Shown: in pieces, positions 22,652-34,941 of the stretch
How positions within the stretch are numbered: position 1 is the first letter of the stretch
Layout: each line of letters begins with the position of its first letter
Assembly (NCBI GenBank): GCA_043228905.1
Contig: JBHGNT010000003.1
Location: 124,001 to 188,000, forward strand
Reading direction: 5' to 3'
Length of the DNA stretch: 64,000 bases
DNA from: Azolla caroliniana
Taxonomy: Eukaryota > Plantae > Polypodiophyta
Made by a program: the position numbers and the translations under genes
The notes under the pieces: model-generated
What the model was told of the DNA's origin: nothing
The model's input: only the letters and a program-made list of their open reading frames with translations
The model's database searches: none

Positions 22652-25600
22652 TGTTGTAAAACAGTGCTCTCGGCCACAACCGAGGAATAGGATTAACTCA
22701 CAGAAAACAGGAAATACGAAATGCACGAAGACAATAGAGAGGAGAGTACACAGGATGTTTACGTGGAAAACCCTAAATGGGAAAAACCACGGGAGTCCTC
22801 AGACTCCAACTATCACTATGAACAGAGATGTACAATGGTGAGGCTACAAGGCAACAACCTTGGGCTCACTGTCTTCGCCACAGGCGGCGGTAATACACAG
22901 AGGCAACGACCTCTTCGTCTCTCTCTCTCGGCTGCTCTCTTCACTCCCTCTAAGTCAAACAAGAAAACTTAGCAGCAACATAAAACTGTTTGCCCTAAGT
23001 CATATTTATACACATATGACTTTCGGGCTATTTACAAATATAGCCTCAAGGGCCCTTGGCAAACATATTCTCAAATATGTCCCCGCATCTGGATCTCTCT
23101 CCGGGTACATTCATCATCCGGCTCCGTAACCGGGGTCTTCATCATCCGGCTCCGTAGCCGGGGTCTTCATCATCCGGCTCCGTAGCCGGGGTCTTCATCA
23201 TCCGGGTCTTCATTCCCGATTCCCGGACATCCGACCATCCCATCCGGAGGGACCGTAATCCCAACAAACTCCCCCTTCACTTCGGCATGGGATGTCTTTC
23301 TAGTCCGACCCTCTTCCGGCACGCTTCCAGCTTGTCGGGTGTTAGCACTTTGGTCAGCATATCTGACCCGTTCTCTTCCGTGTGGATCTTCGTCAGCACG
23401 AACTCCTGGTCTTCTATCCTTTCCCGGATCCAGTGATATCTTCGCTGGATGTGCTTCGTCCGGGAATGGTAGGCCGCGTTCTTTGCAAGGTGGATGGCGC
23501 TCTGACTATCGCAGTAGAGTCGGTACTCCTCCTGCCGGATCCCGAGCTCTCTAATGAAGTCCTTCATCCATATTATTTCCTTGCCGGCTTCAACAGCTGC
23601 CATGTACTCCGCCTCCGTGGTTGACAACGCAACCGTCTTCTGCAGCCTCGACTGCCACGAAACGGCTCCCCCTGCATACGTCATCACATACCCTGATGTG
23701 GACCGGCTGGTATCTGCATCAGCCGACATATCCGAATCGGTAAAGCCGTCGAGTTCGGGCTTACCGGAGCCGAATCGGAGGCACACGTTTGCCGTGCCCT
23801 TCAGGTATCGGAGTATCCACTTGACCGCGTTCCAGTGCTCTTTGCCAGGATTGCTCATGTACCGGCTCACCACTCCAACTGCATATCCTATGTCCGGTCT
23901 TGTACACACCATTGCGTACATCAAGCTTCCGACGGCAGAGGCATATGGTACTTTCATCATGTCCTCCTTCTCAGCCTTTGTCTTGGGGCTTTGCTTGCTG
24001 GACAACTTGCAGTTTGCCGGGAGGGTTGACCCGACAGGTCTTGCTTCCGACATGTTGAACCGTTGAAGCACCTTTGTCACGTACTTCTCCTGTGACAGCC
24101 ACAACTGCTTCTTCTTCCGGTCCTGGATGATATGCATCCCTAGTATTTGCCTCGCCGGACCCAAGTCCTTCATTGAGAAGGTTCGGTGAAGAGCCTTCTT
24201 CAGCATCCGTATCTTGACCTGGTCCCGTCCGACGATCAACATGTCGTCCACGTACAGGAGGAGTATTAGAAAGTCTCCTCCTTCGAACTTCTTCACAAAC
24301 ACGCAGTGATCGGACTGCGTTTTGTGGTACCCTTCGTCGGTCATGAAGGAGTCGAACTTCCGGTACCATTGCCGGGGAGCCTGCTTCAGTCCGTAAAGGC
24401 TCTTCTTCAACCGGCATACCAGGTGCTCCTTCCCTTTCTTCTCGAATCCTTCCGGTTGCTGCATGTAGATCTCTTCTTCGAGGTCACCGTGAAGGAATGC
24501 CGTCTTCACGTCCATCTGTTCTACCTCGAGGTCTATGCTTGCCGCTATGCTCAGCACCGTCCGGATGGAGGTCATCTTCACTACCGGGGCAAATATCTCG
24601 TCGAAGTCGACGCCCTTCTTCTGCTGGAACCCCTTCACCACGATCCTGGCTTTGTATCTCGGGGGGTTTCCGGCATCTCCCGGTTTCAGCTTGAACACCC
24701 ACTTGTTTCGAAGTGCCCGCTTTCCTTTCGGCAACTCCACAAGTTCATATGTGTGGTTCTCATGCAGGGAATCCATCTCCTCCTGCATGGCACTTAACCA
24801 CCTGCGGCTATGGGTGTCAAGTTTTGCTTCTTCAAAGCTCTCCGGCTCCCCCTCGTCGGTTAGCAGCACGTGCTCTGGTTCCGGAAATCTCCGGGGGGCC
24901 CTTCTCTCTCTTAGAGGATATCTCCGTTCCGGAGCTTCGGTAACCGGTTCTTCCGATTCTTCTTCATCCGAATCCATTTCGGGATCGGGGCCGATTCCGG
25001 TATCATTTTCATCTTCTTCGGCCGGTTCTGTTTCTCCACCGTCTTCGGCCGGATCCTCGAGTGCTAACCGGTCCCTTGCCGGTCGGGACTGCTCCTCGTA
25101 GAGTTGATCCTCACCGGTCGACTTGGAGCTCTTCATCTTCTTCTCCGACTCCCAGTCGGCGAGTGTCTTGTTCTCCATGAAGATGATATCACGACTCCGG
25201 AATATCTTCTTGTCGACCGGGTCCCATACTCGGTAGCCGAACTCGTCATCGCCGTAACCGAGGAATATGCATGGCCGGGTCTTTGGATGTAGCTTTCCTC
25301 TCCGGTCCTTTGCCACATGCACGTATGCGAGACACCCGAACACCTTCAGATGCCGGTAGGACACTTCCTTACCGGTCCACACTCTCTGCGGCGTGTCTCC
25401 GTCCAAAGGTACTGAGGGTGATCTGTTTATCACGTATGTCGCCGTCGACATCGCCTCAGCCCAAAACCCCTTGGGTAATTCCGCATGCGCCAGCATACTC
25501 CGAACCCTCTCCATTATGGTCCGGTTCATCCTCTCGGCCAGCCCGTTCAGTTCCGGCGTCTTCGGCACAGTAAACTCGAGCCGGATTCCTTTCGAGCGAC

Positions 25601-28024
25601 AGTACTCCGCGAACTGCCCCCGGTATTCCCCTCCGTTATCCGCTCGTATCGCTTTCAGCTTCTTGCCGGATTCCCTTTCCACTCTCGCGTGGAGTTCTTT
25701 GAAGACGGACAACACTTGGTCCTTTGTCTTCAACGGTGCCGTCCACAGCTTCCGGCTGTGATCATCAATGAATGTCACGAAGTACTGGGCTCCGCCATGT
25801 GACTTCGTTTCTACCTGACACACATCAGTGTGTACCAACTCCAATGGTACACTACGTCTCGTCGGTGGCCTTGAGTGGAAGGAGGTTCGGTTCTGCTTAC
25901 CGGCCAGGCAATCGGTGCACTTCTCCAGGTGCACATGCTTCACTGGAATAAGGTTGTCTTCTGCAAGCCTCTTCATCCCCTTCTCACTCATGTGGCACAG
26001 TCTCTTGTGCCACAGCTCACCGGCAGTGTCCGGTGCCACATTCAGCTCTTCCGGACATAACCGGGCATTCATCAGGTACAGTGTGTTGTCTTTCCGGGCC
26101 CGAGCCACTATCAGGCTCCCTTTGCTGAACTTCATGACACCGTTCCGGATGCTACCCGTGTAGCCTTCATCGTCTAGCCTCCCGGCCGAAATCAGGTTCA
26201 ATCGAACCTCCGGAACGTGTCGAACATCCTTCAGCAGCATCTTGCATCCGGTTGATGTCTTCAGCCACACGTCTCCTATGCCGGCAATCCGGCATGTACC
26301 TTCATTTCCCATCCGGACACAGCCGTGCTCACCGGCTGTGTAGGATGAGAAGTATTTCTTCTCCGGGGTCAGGTGGAACGACGCTCCGGAATCGACCACC
26401 CAGGTCATCTCTTCACCGGCAAGGTTCAGCTCCCTCTCTTCGGTAATGAGCATTATCTCTTCTTCACTTGCCGCGAGTGCCGTCGTTCCTTTCCGGTCCT
26501 GCCCTCGCCGATCCGGACCTCTCCGGTCCGTGGCTCCCCGGTATGCACCGTTTCGCTCCGGTGACTTCTTCGAATCGGTGTCGTCGGCTCCGTTGTCTTT
26601 TCGGTAATGCCGACAATTCTTCCGGAAGTGCCCCGGCTTCCCACAGTGGAAGCAGGTGGGTCTTCCTCTTGACTGCGACCGGGTCCCCGACTTCTCCCGT
26701 CTTTGCGGACTCCGGTTCCAGTGTCTTCCCCGTTCCGATTCGGTAAGCAGCGCCTTCGAGTCAGAGGCCGGTTCTTTATCTCTCCGACGCGCTTCTTCGT
26801 TCAAAATACTTGTCTTTACCGTTTGTAGGGACAAGTGATCTTCCGTGCAGGAGGTGCTGAGAGTCACCACCAAGTTCTCCCAGCTTTCCGGCAATGTACA
26901 CATCAGGATGATGGCTTGCATTGCATCCTCCAACGGGAACTTGATCGCCGCAAGCTGATTCACGAATCCCATGAACGTGCTTACGTGTTCCACCATACTC
27001 TCGCCGTCCCGGTACTTGAGATTCACTATCTTCCTCATCAGGGAGGTCCGGTTCAACGCATTCTTCCTCTCGTAGAGGCCTGACAGCTTCTTCCACATCT
27101 CATATGCGTTGGTGTCGTTCGCCACATGTTGTAGGACGCTTACATCGACATATTGTCGGATCGTCGCTACGGCTTTCCGGTTCAGGAGCTTCCACTCCGA
27201 CTCAAGTACTCCCTTCGGTATTTCCGACCTGTCAATCGGTTCGTACAGGTCCCGAACAATCAGAAGATCCTCCATCTTGATCTTCCAGTCGGCGTAATTC
27301 TGCGCATTCAGCACCATCATTCCCGGCTGCCCGCTGCTGCCGCCTTCCATTTTCTGTGTTAACCTTGCTCTGATACCACTTTGTTGTAAAACAGTGCTCT
27401 CGGCCACAACCGAGGAATAGGATTAACTCACAGAAAACAGGAAATACGAAATGCACGAAGACAATAGAGAGGAGAGTACACAGGATGTTTACGTGGAAAA
27501 CCCTAAATGGGAAAAACCACCGGAGTCCTCAGACTCCAACTATCACTATGAACAGAGATGTACAATGGTGAGGCTACAAGGCAACAACCTTGAGCTCACT
27601 GTCTTCGCCACAGGCGGCGGTAATACACAGAGGCAACGACCTCTTCGTCTCTCTCTCTCGGCTGCTCTCTTCACTCCCTCTAAGTCAAACAAGAAAACTT
27701 AGCAGCAACATAAAACTGTTTGCCCTAAGTCATATTTATACACATATGACTTTCGGGCTATTTACAAATATAGCCTCAAGGGCCCTTGGCAAACATATTC
27801 TCAAATATGTCCCCGCATCCGGATCTCTCTCCGGGTACATTCATCATCCGGCTCCGTAACCGGGGTCTTCATCATCCGGCTCCGTAGCCGGGGTCTTCAT
27901 CATCCGGCTCCGTAGCCGGGGTCTTCATCATCCGGCTCCGTAGCCGGGGTCTTCATCATCCGGGTCTTCATTCCCGATTCCCAGACATCCGACCATCCCA
28001 TCCGGAGGGACCGTAATCCCAACA
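22652..28024 (-). mobile_element. Intact young Ty1/copia element Cw (Tnt1/Tto1-like); 5' LTR 27382-28024, 3' LTR 22652-23266
   Basis: Perfect TSD GGGTC; PBS-Met (reverse complement) 27367-27378; PPT 23267-23280; LTRs differ by ~4 substitutions and one 28-bp repeat unit. Confidence 0.97.
23277..27350 (-). CDS. Uninterrupted Copia Gag-Pol polyprotein (~1357 aa from MEGGSS)
   Basis: CCHC knuckle, protease DSGAS, integrase HHCC and D,D(35)E, RT YVDD and RNase H in one frame. Confidence 0.95.
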   Translation of the reverse strand: MEGGSSGQPGMMVLNAQNYADWKIKMEDLLIVRDLYEPIDRSEIPKGVLESEWKLLNRKAVATIRQYVDVSVLQHVANDTNAYEMWKKLSGLYERKNALNRTSLMRKIVNLKYRDGESMVEHVSTFMGFVNQLAAIKFPLEDAMQAIILMCTLPESWENLVVTLSTSCTEDHLSLQTVKTSILNEEARRRDKEPASDSKALLTESERGRHWNRSPQRREKSGTRSQSRGRPTCFHCGKPGHFRKNCRHYRKDNGADDTDSKKSPERNGAYRGATDRRGPDRRGQDRKGTTALAASEEEIMLITEERELNLAGEEMTWVVDSGASFHLTPEKKYFSSYTAGEHGCVRMGNEGTCRIAGIGDVWLKTSTGCKMLLKDVRHVPEVRLNLISAGRLDDEGYTGSIRNGVMKFSKGSLIVARARKDNTLYLMNARLCPEELNVAPDTAGELWHKRLCHMSEKGMKRLAEDNLIPVKHVHLEKCTDCLAGKQNRTSFHSRPPTRRSVPLELVHTDVCQVETKSHGGAQYFVTFIDDHSRKLWTAPLKTKDQVLSVFKELHARVERESGKKLKAIRADNGGEYRGQFAEYCRSKGIRLEFTVPKTPELNGLAERMNRTIMERVRSMLAHAELPKGFWAEAMSTATYVINRSPSVPLDGDTPQRVWTGKEVSYRHLKVFGCLAYVHVAKDRRGKLHPKTRPCIFLGYGDDEFGYRVWDPVDKKIFRSRDIIFMENKTLADWESEKKMKSSKSTGEDQLYEEQSRPARDRLALEDPAEDGGETEPAEEDENDTGIGPDPEMDSDEEESEEPVTEAPERRYPLRERRAPRRFPEPEHVLLTDEGEPESFEEAKLDTHSRRWLSAMQEEMDSLHENHTYELVELPKGKRALRNKWVFKLKPGDAGNPPRYKARIVVKGFQQKKGVDFDEIFAPVVKMTSIRTVLSIAASIDLEVEQMDVKTAFLHGDLEEEIYMQQPEGFEKKGKEHLVCRLKKSLYGLKQAPRQWYRKFDSFMTDEGYHKTQSDHCVFVKKFEGGDFLILLLYVDDMLIVGRDQVKIRMLKKALHRTFSMKDLGPARQILGMHIIQDRKKKQLWLSQEKYVTKVLQRFNMSEARPVGSTLPANCKLSSKQSPKTKAEKEDMMKVPYASAVGSLMYAMVCTRPDIGYAVGVVSRYMSNPGKEHWNAVKWILRYLKGTANVCLRFGSGKPELDGFTDSDMSADADTSRSTSGYVMTYAGGAVSWQSRLQKTVALSTTEAEYMAAVEAGKEIIWMKDFIRELGIRQEEYRLYCDSQSAIHLAKNAAYHSRTKHIQRRYHWIRERIEDQEFVLTKIHTEENGSDMLTKVLTPDKLEACRKRVGLERHPMPK

Positions 28025-28175
28025 GGGTCATACAAAAGATCAATGTCGAAAGCTCCAACGGAAAGAGCACGACAACAAAGCTAAAGCTGCAGACCATAAA
28101 GGTCAGATTCCTAATGTCCTTCAGGTCTATACACATCATTTAAGTAATTGTCAATGTTCTTTCCCTCACTATGTA

Positions 28176-31100
28176 TTGGGTCCCAATGATTTACTACGTG
28201 CAAACGGGTATATCAATGGATCTCCCGTACAATTTTTATTTGATTCGGGAAGCTCACACAATTTTGTGAATGATCGTTTGGTTCTGATATGGGGAATCCA
28301 ACCCACCGTAAGTGATCACACCTACACGGTGCACTTGGCTGATGGAAGAGTACAATACATCAACGGGGCGATTCATTCATTAGGAATTTCTACTGATACT
28401 TATATAGAGGAAGTAGACTTCCATGTAATGAATCTTTGTACCACCGATGTAATACTGGGTTATCCCTGGTTTTATAATAAAAACTCTTCTTTATTTATTG
28501 ATTGGGTTCGCCATTCCATTTCTTTTGTACTGAACGATTGTATGCATTTTATTCAATGTGTAAAATAACAATCCCTCTCAATTGTTTCCTCGTGTCCATC
28601 AATATCCGAGTTGTCTTGTTCTACGTTATTTTATTGTGTACTTGATCCGGACATTCACGTTTACAATATCGATAATGTCCCGCTTCAATTAACATATTTT
28701 GAACAACAACAACTTGATGAAATCTTAAATGTTTTTCATGATGTTTTTCCAAGTGAACTACCTGATGGGTTACCTCCTAAACGTAATATAGACCATCGTA
28801 TAGATATTGTACCTGGTGTTGCACCAATAAGTATACCTCCCTATCGCTTAAGTCGATCCGAAGAAGATGAGGTATCTAAGCAACTCAAGGACTATTTACG
28901 AATGGGTTATATACGTTATAGTAAATCTCCATGGGGTGCACCAGTTCTCTTGGTTAAAAAGAAAGAGGGCACATGGCGTATGTGTATTAATTACCGACGC
29001 TTGAATAAAGTGACGATCAAGAATTCGTACCCATTGCCCCGGGCTGACGATCTAATTGACCGTCTCCAAAGAGCTCGGTATTTTACGAAACTTGATCTCC
29101 GTACTGGCTACCATCAAATACGAATAAGTGAGGACGATGTTCCTAAAACGGCATTTCGTACGCGCTATGGCCATTACGAGTTTTTGGTTATGCCTTTTGG
29201 TTTGACCAATGCTCTGGCTACTTTTCAACAAGAAATGAATAACATTTTCCGAGAACAACTTGGAAAATTTGTCGTTATTTTCTTGGATGATATTTTAGTT
29301 TATAGCCGTACATTACAAGAACATGCTAAACATGTCCGCTTTGTTTTACAAACATTGCGTGACAAACAGTTTTATGCGAAGATCTCAAAATGTGAGTTCT
29401 TCAAGAAATCAATTACTTATCTTGGACATCTCATAACCGAACGAGGAGTTGAAATTGATCCTTCTCGCATTGAGAAAATCAAGCTTTGGCCCACTCTTCG
29501 GAATATTCGAGAAGTTCGATCATTCCTTGGTTTTGTCGGGTTTTTGCGAAAGTCTCTTCTTAATTACTCCCAATTGACGACGTCGTTTATTGATCTTTTA
29601 AAAGGTCAAACGCGTAAGTCTACAAAACCTATTGTGTGGAATGCTACACTAGACCTCGCCTTTAAGGAACTCAAGGACCTGGTTTGCAAGGCTCCTTCAC
29701 TTCTTTTACCTGATCCTTCAAAACCTTTTGAGGTTGAAACCGATGCAAGCGATTATGCTATAGGTGTTGTCTTGTATCAAGATGGTAAACCAATAGCATT
29801 CGAGAGTAAGAAACTTGATTCTGCTCAATGTCGGTATACCGTTCAAGAAAAGGAATTATTTGCAGTTATACATGCGCTCAAAACATGGCGCCATTATCTT
29901 TATGGAAATCGCTTTGTGGTAACTACGGACCACGAGTCCTTGAAATATTTTTATGACCAACAAGACCTGAAAGGTCGTAAGGCACGATGGGCTGATCTCA
30001 TCCAGGACTTTGATTTTTCCATACGATATCGTAAAGGTTCCATGAACACTGTCGTTGATGCACTAAGTCGCATCCGTGAAGTTAACATGCTTAGCTTCAC
30101 TGAAATAACATCAGATCTTTATGATCACCTTCGAGGAAAGTATCCTGATGAAAGTTATTTTGCAAAATACTGGGCAAGAGTTGAGTCTGGAACAGACACC
30201 ACCACATCCTCAAAGGAATACTTCCACATTGCTAACGATTTGCTCTACCGTAATGGGAAGGTTTGTGTTCCAGATTTACCCGAGGTCAAAAAGAGGATTC
30301 TTTTTGAATGCCATGATGCACCCTGGAATACATCGTACACTCGTTCTCATCTCCACTCAATTTTATTGGCCTAAGATGCGTCCTGACATACATAACTATG
30401 TGACTAAATGTCACCAGTGTCAGGTTAAGAAAGCCGAGCGACTTAAAGCCGCAGGACTTTTACATCCCTTGGACATTCCCAATAATAAGTGGGAAAGTAT
30501 ATCCATGGATTTTATTGTTAGCCTTCCTCGCACCCAAAAAGGTCATGATGCCATATGGGTTGTCGTTGATCGACTAACTAAAATGGCCAGATTTATTGCT
30601 ACTAAAACCACGGTAATAGCTCCTGAATTGGCTTACCAATTCGTTGACGAATTGTTTCGTTTTTATGGGTTACCTATGGATATCGTGAGTGATCGAGATC
30701 CAAAGTTTACTAGTGACTTCTGGACGCAAGTCTTTAAGAAGTTAGAAACTACGTTGAGCATGAGCTCCACGGATCATCCTCAATCCGATGGATAGACAGA
30801 ACGAGTAAATCAAATTATTGAGGACATGCTTCGAGCATACGTTGGTGCAAAACCAACAAAATGGGAACGTTATCTCCCAATTTTGGAGTTTGCTTATAAC
30901 AGCTCCAAGCATACATCGACGGGATATAGTCCTTTTATGTTGATGTATGGTTTTCAGCCACGAGCCCCGATTGATGTTAATATACATCATGATGAGTTGC
31001 GAAGTACGCAAAACTTTCTTCGGGATATGCAAGATATGTTGCATATTGCACGAGATAATATAAAAACAGCTCAAGATAGAGCGCATTTTTATGCCGATCA

Positions 31101-31587
31101 TCATAGGCAACCTCGTGTATTCAACCCTGGACAGAAGGTATTTTTACGTGTACCTCACAATTCTAAGACATTGTCTACGGGTAAGTGCGCTAAGTTAGCC
31201 CCATGGTTTTGTGGACCTTTTACAGTCCTCAAACGCATTGGGTCATCAGCCTATCGTCTTGCTCTTCCCGATGGTGTTGGAATTCATCCAGTCTTCCATG
31301 TGAGTCGTCTAAAAGAACTTCTAGGTTCTGGCGAGAATACAGTTACAACTGAAACTCTAGTTACTTCTGAAGAATTATCTTCTAAACCACATGTACCAGA
31401 AAGAATTCTCGATGTTAAAACAAAAAAATTACGTACTAAACAAATCCGAGAATTTAAAATAAAATGGATGGATAAATCAATAAAAGATGCCACATGGGAA
31501 CGCGAAATTACTCTCAGAACTAATTTCCCTAACTTTCCATTGCAAGAGTGCAATGTTTTAAAGAGGGGGAGTATGTTACGGGCATGA
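28176..31587 (+). pseudogene. pol: W pol (protease, RT, RNase H, integrase, chromodomain) with stops and a frameshift
   Basis: ORFs 28176-28568, 28611-30374, 30121-30795, 30826-31587. Confidence 0.9.
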
Positions 31588-33074
31588 CCATTTAATATCC
31601 CGTGGTGAGAATTTACCGTAGTATTCTATACACGTGGATAAGTGTGAGGGTTAAACGAGAGTGTAAAGAAGGGGAGGATTACTTTTAATCCTCGGGATTG
31701 AGACAACCCATTAGGTCAAGTGTGAACTTGCCTGGGGGCCTTGGGTATTGCTATAAATAAGAGGCCTAGCTACCCTCATTTGATCATCTTTTTGACTACA
31801 TCGAGACTCTGCTCTTGTGGTGGGTCAACTCTTGTAGCGAGTGCGCCAGCACCAAGTACGACTCGACGCCACGGCGGTGGTATGGGACGCCGATCGAGGC
31901 TCGAGTCCGTCTCGATCCCTTCGCTCGGGGGTGGTCGGGTGGATCGGCACCCTTCTTTCTCATTCTCCTTTCTATCTATCATTTGTTTATCCTTATCTTA
32001 AGCTTACTTTAGTACTTAGATCTCTAATACACAACTGGTGGAGCCAATCATTATCTTTATTGTCCCTCATATGCCTTGGAAGTTGGTGCAGAGGATGATT
32101 TTGACAATGGATTCTTTTGTAATGAGATTGGTGTACAGGTGCCTAAATTTAGAGAGGAGGAATATGAAGGGGAGTTACTACAAATCGGGAAATTCTTGCA
32201 AGCACAAGAAGGAAGCCTTGATTGGACACCAAAGGATTTTTGGTTATTCAGGAAGAAGGTTATGAGTTTTTCTTGACAGATGGTTATCTTTGGAAACTTG
32301 CAAAGAAATGTTAAGGATCCTCCAACTCGAGCTATCAGTTTACAGGTTCAGAAAGATAAGATTATTTCATATTTTCATGATAGTCATTGGGCTAGACATA
32401 AAGGAGTGGTAAATATATTTTTGAAGATTAAGGATCAGTATTGGTGGAAAGGAATGTATGCGGATATTCAAAGGTATGTGGAATCATGCATTGAATGTCG
32501 ATGTATTCTGATGACAAGGTGAGAGATGAGTTGCATCCGACATACTCACCTTTATTGCATTATTAGTGGATGGTGGATATAGTTCATATGCACACTAGTC
32601 TAAATCAAATGAAATACTTGGTTCTTGCTCGAGAGGATTTGTCCAACTTGGTGGAAGGAAGACCTCTCCGAAAAAAGTCTACATCGGCCGTTCTAAAGTT
32701 TTTATTAGAGGATGTAATTTGTAGACATGGTAATGTTGGGCAAATTGTAACTGATCGAGGGGAGCTTGGTTCGGATGAGGCTCAAATGTTCTTCCAAAGA
32801 TTCGGGATCCGATTGACTCTGGCTACTGCATATAATCCAGAGGGAAATGGTAAAGTGGAAAGGGGCCATGGTCCAATTGTGAAAGCTTTGGTCAAAGCAT
32901 GTGATGGTTGAATTTCTATGTGACCTGACATGCTACCTTATGCTCTCTGGGCTGATAGATGCACTCACAACTCTGTTACGGGATTTATGCCATCAAAACT
33001 GCTTTTTGGTCAGAAGCTTATTATGTCAACGGAGCGGATGATTTCTACTGTCAAGAGAGAGAGAGAGAGAGAGA

Positions 33075-34903
33075 TTATATTATCGTCTTCGGAGGTCAAA
33101 TACGACCTATGAGACCAAAAATATTACATTTCGCGTGATATGTGTGAAAGTGAGTAGTGACTCTCGATGTTCAAGAACTTTACCAATGAATGTTGCAATC
33201 GAGAGTGCACATTGTGGTTGTGAGAGGAATTCATGAAAAGATTGGGCTCGATCGAAGAGATGTGGAAAGCATGGTCGAATATGATCAAAGGTAGAGCATT
33301 GTATCAAAGTGTGATACTCAGACTCGTGAACTTGTTTAGGGCAAAGTGTGCATAGCCGACCACTCTCATCACTTGTACCCCAACGCCCTGTTTCACATCG
33401 CAATGCATGTGAGCTAAGTCACATGGAAGCAGTGGTTCGAATGGCAGATAACGGTACGGGCTCTAACATGTATGGATGTGTATGATTTCCCCGTTCCGCA
33501 AAGAATATGGTTTTGTAGTTAGGTGAAACATGTGTAGTATAATGTGTGAAGCGTGAGCCTCCACATTTGTCCCATGTCATGATACATTGGCGTTGCAAAA
33601 ATGCCTCATTTACAGAGGAATCTAATGATGCATCATGAAGCAAGTGTCTCGTATCCCATCTACCAAACCATTTTTCTATATCTTGCATCCAACCGGAACA
33701 CAAAACTTTGCTTTTATGTGTCTTTTGGATCTTTTTGCTTGCTTCCCACGCAATTCTAGGAAGTCGATGTGAGGAACTTTTTTGAACCTTAAGCATGTAT
33801 TCAACAACCCTTTCCATGGCCATGATCTCAATGGGAAGCGATCCCGTCTCAAGGAAGAGGAGGGTGTAGGGTGTTTGTTTCTTAACTTGTAGTAACTTGG
33901 TAAGAAAATGCTTTTGGACATTTTCAAACTCTTTCCACATAGATTTAGGGATACTACCGCCCCATACTTCCACCCCATAGGGAAGAACCGGTGTCACCAA
34001 AGTGTCAAAAATGTTGGGAACTTGACGTTCCTTATGTCCGACGCTCGGCCACAACCGAGATTCTTTACATACACAGAAAAACAGGCAATGAAACGCGACA
34101 CAAAAGAGGAGAAAATAGTACACAGGAGGTATACGTGGAAAACCCCAAAATAGGGGAAAAACCACGGCAGCCCACAAGCTGCAAACTGTCTCTATGTAGA
34201 AAAATACAACAGTGAGATCACTGAGGCAACGACATCGTGCTCACAGATCTTCGCCACAGGCGGCGGTTACAACGGAGGCTACGACCTCGTCTCTCTCTCT
34301 CTCTGTACAGTTACGCGCTCTGATTTCTTCTTGCACCAACAAGGAAGAATAATAATCACACACATGATCCTAAAGGTTTGCCCTAAGTCATATTTATACT
34401 AATATGACTTTTCGGCTATTTACAAATGTAGCCTTGATGGGCTTCATCCGGCTCTCCGCAGTCGGGCCTACACTATCCGACTCTCCGCAATCGGGTACTC
34501 CTCATCCGGCTTCCCGCAGTCGGGCCTACACCATCCGACTCTCCGCAGTCGGGTACTCCTCATCCGGTTCATACCGTTTCGGCCTCGGCCTGTCGGCCTC
34601 GGCCGAGTTGGTTCGTCGGCACTGTTCTTCTCCCTTCCCATCCGGAGGGACCTGTCTACCAACAAAAAGGATATTTCTTGAGGACCCAACACTTAATATC
34701 TCCACGATTGCATGTGTTCTCAAATGCATAGTATGCCTGCTTGCCCGCCTCTAAGCGGCATGTAGCACATTCATTCCATCTATGATTTGAAGGAACTTCA
34801 AGGCCAAGATATTTGAAGCTTTCCACACATTCAAGTGGCTCATTGTTGTACATAATGCATGGTTTATCTCTTTTTTGGCTCTTCACAAGGATAATCTTTG
34901 TTT

Positions 34904-34904
<1 letters not shown>
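33075..34904 (-). mobile_element. 5'-truncated LINE (RTEX/CR1-like C-terminal half) inserted in a (GA)n tract
   Basis: VESFKYLGLEV, FDTLVTPVLPYGVEVWG, C-terminal ETGRW...RLCTLC...ESEYH...C; flanked on both sides by GA repeats. Confidence 0.8.
34012..34664 (-). mobile_element. Copia solo LTR inserted in the LINE
   Basis: TGTTG...CAACA, TSD AAAAA/AAAAG, shares TCCCTCCGGATGGGA start and TATAAATATGAC core with other Copia LTRs. Confidence 0.88.

Positions 34905-34941
<37 letters not shown>

Larger units (their letters stand above)
19687..32029 (+). mobile_element. Ty3/gypsy chromovirus W (Galadriel/Reina-like), 456-bp LTRs 19687-20142 and 31574-32029
   Basis: TSD CACAA/CACAA; PBS TGGTATCAGA 20145-20154; PPT AAGAGGGGGAG; gag from 21790, protease FDSGSSHNF, RT FLDD, integrase, chromodomain PERILD...IKW...ATWE; about 9 LTR differences by eye; absent from copy B. 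Confidence 0.95.

Noticed and set aside
23111-23205. 28-bp repeats as a CRISPR array or satellite
   Set aside because: Head-to-tail units without spacers inside a Copia U3
24306-25802. Long antisense ORFs over Copia pol
   Set aside because: Shadow frames of a GC-rich coding strand, recurring in every Copia copy
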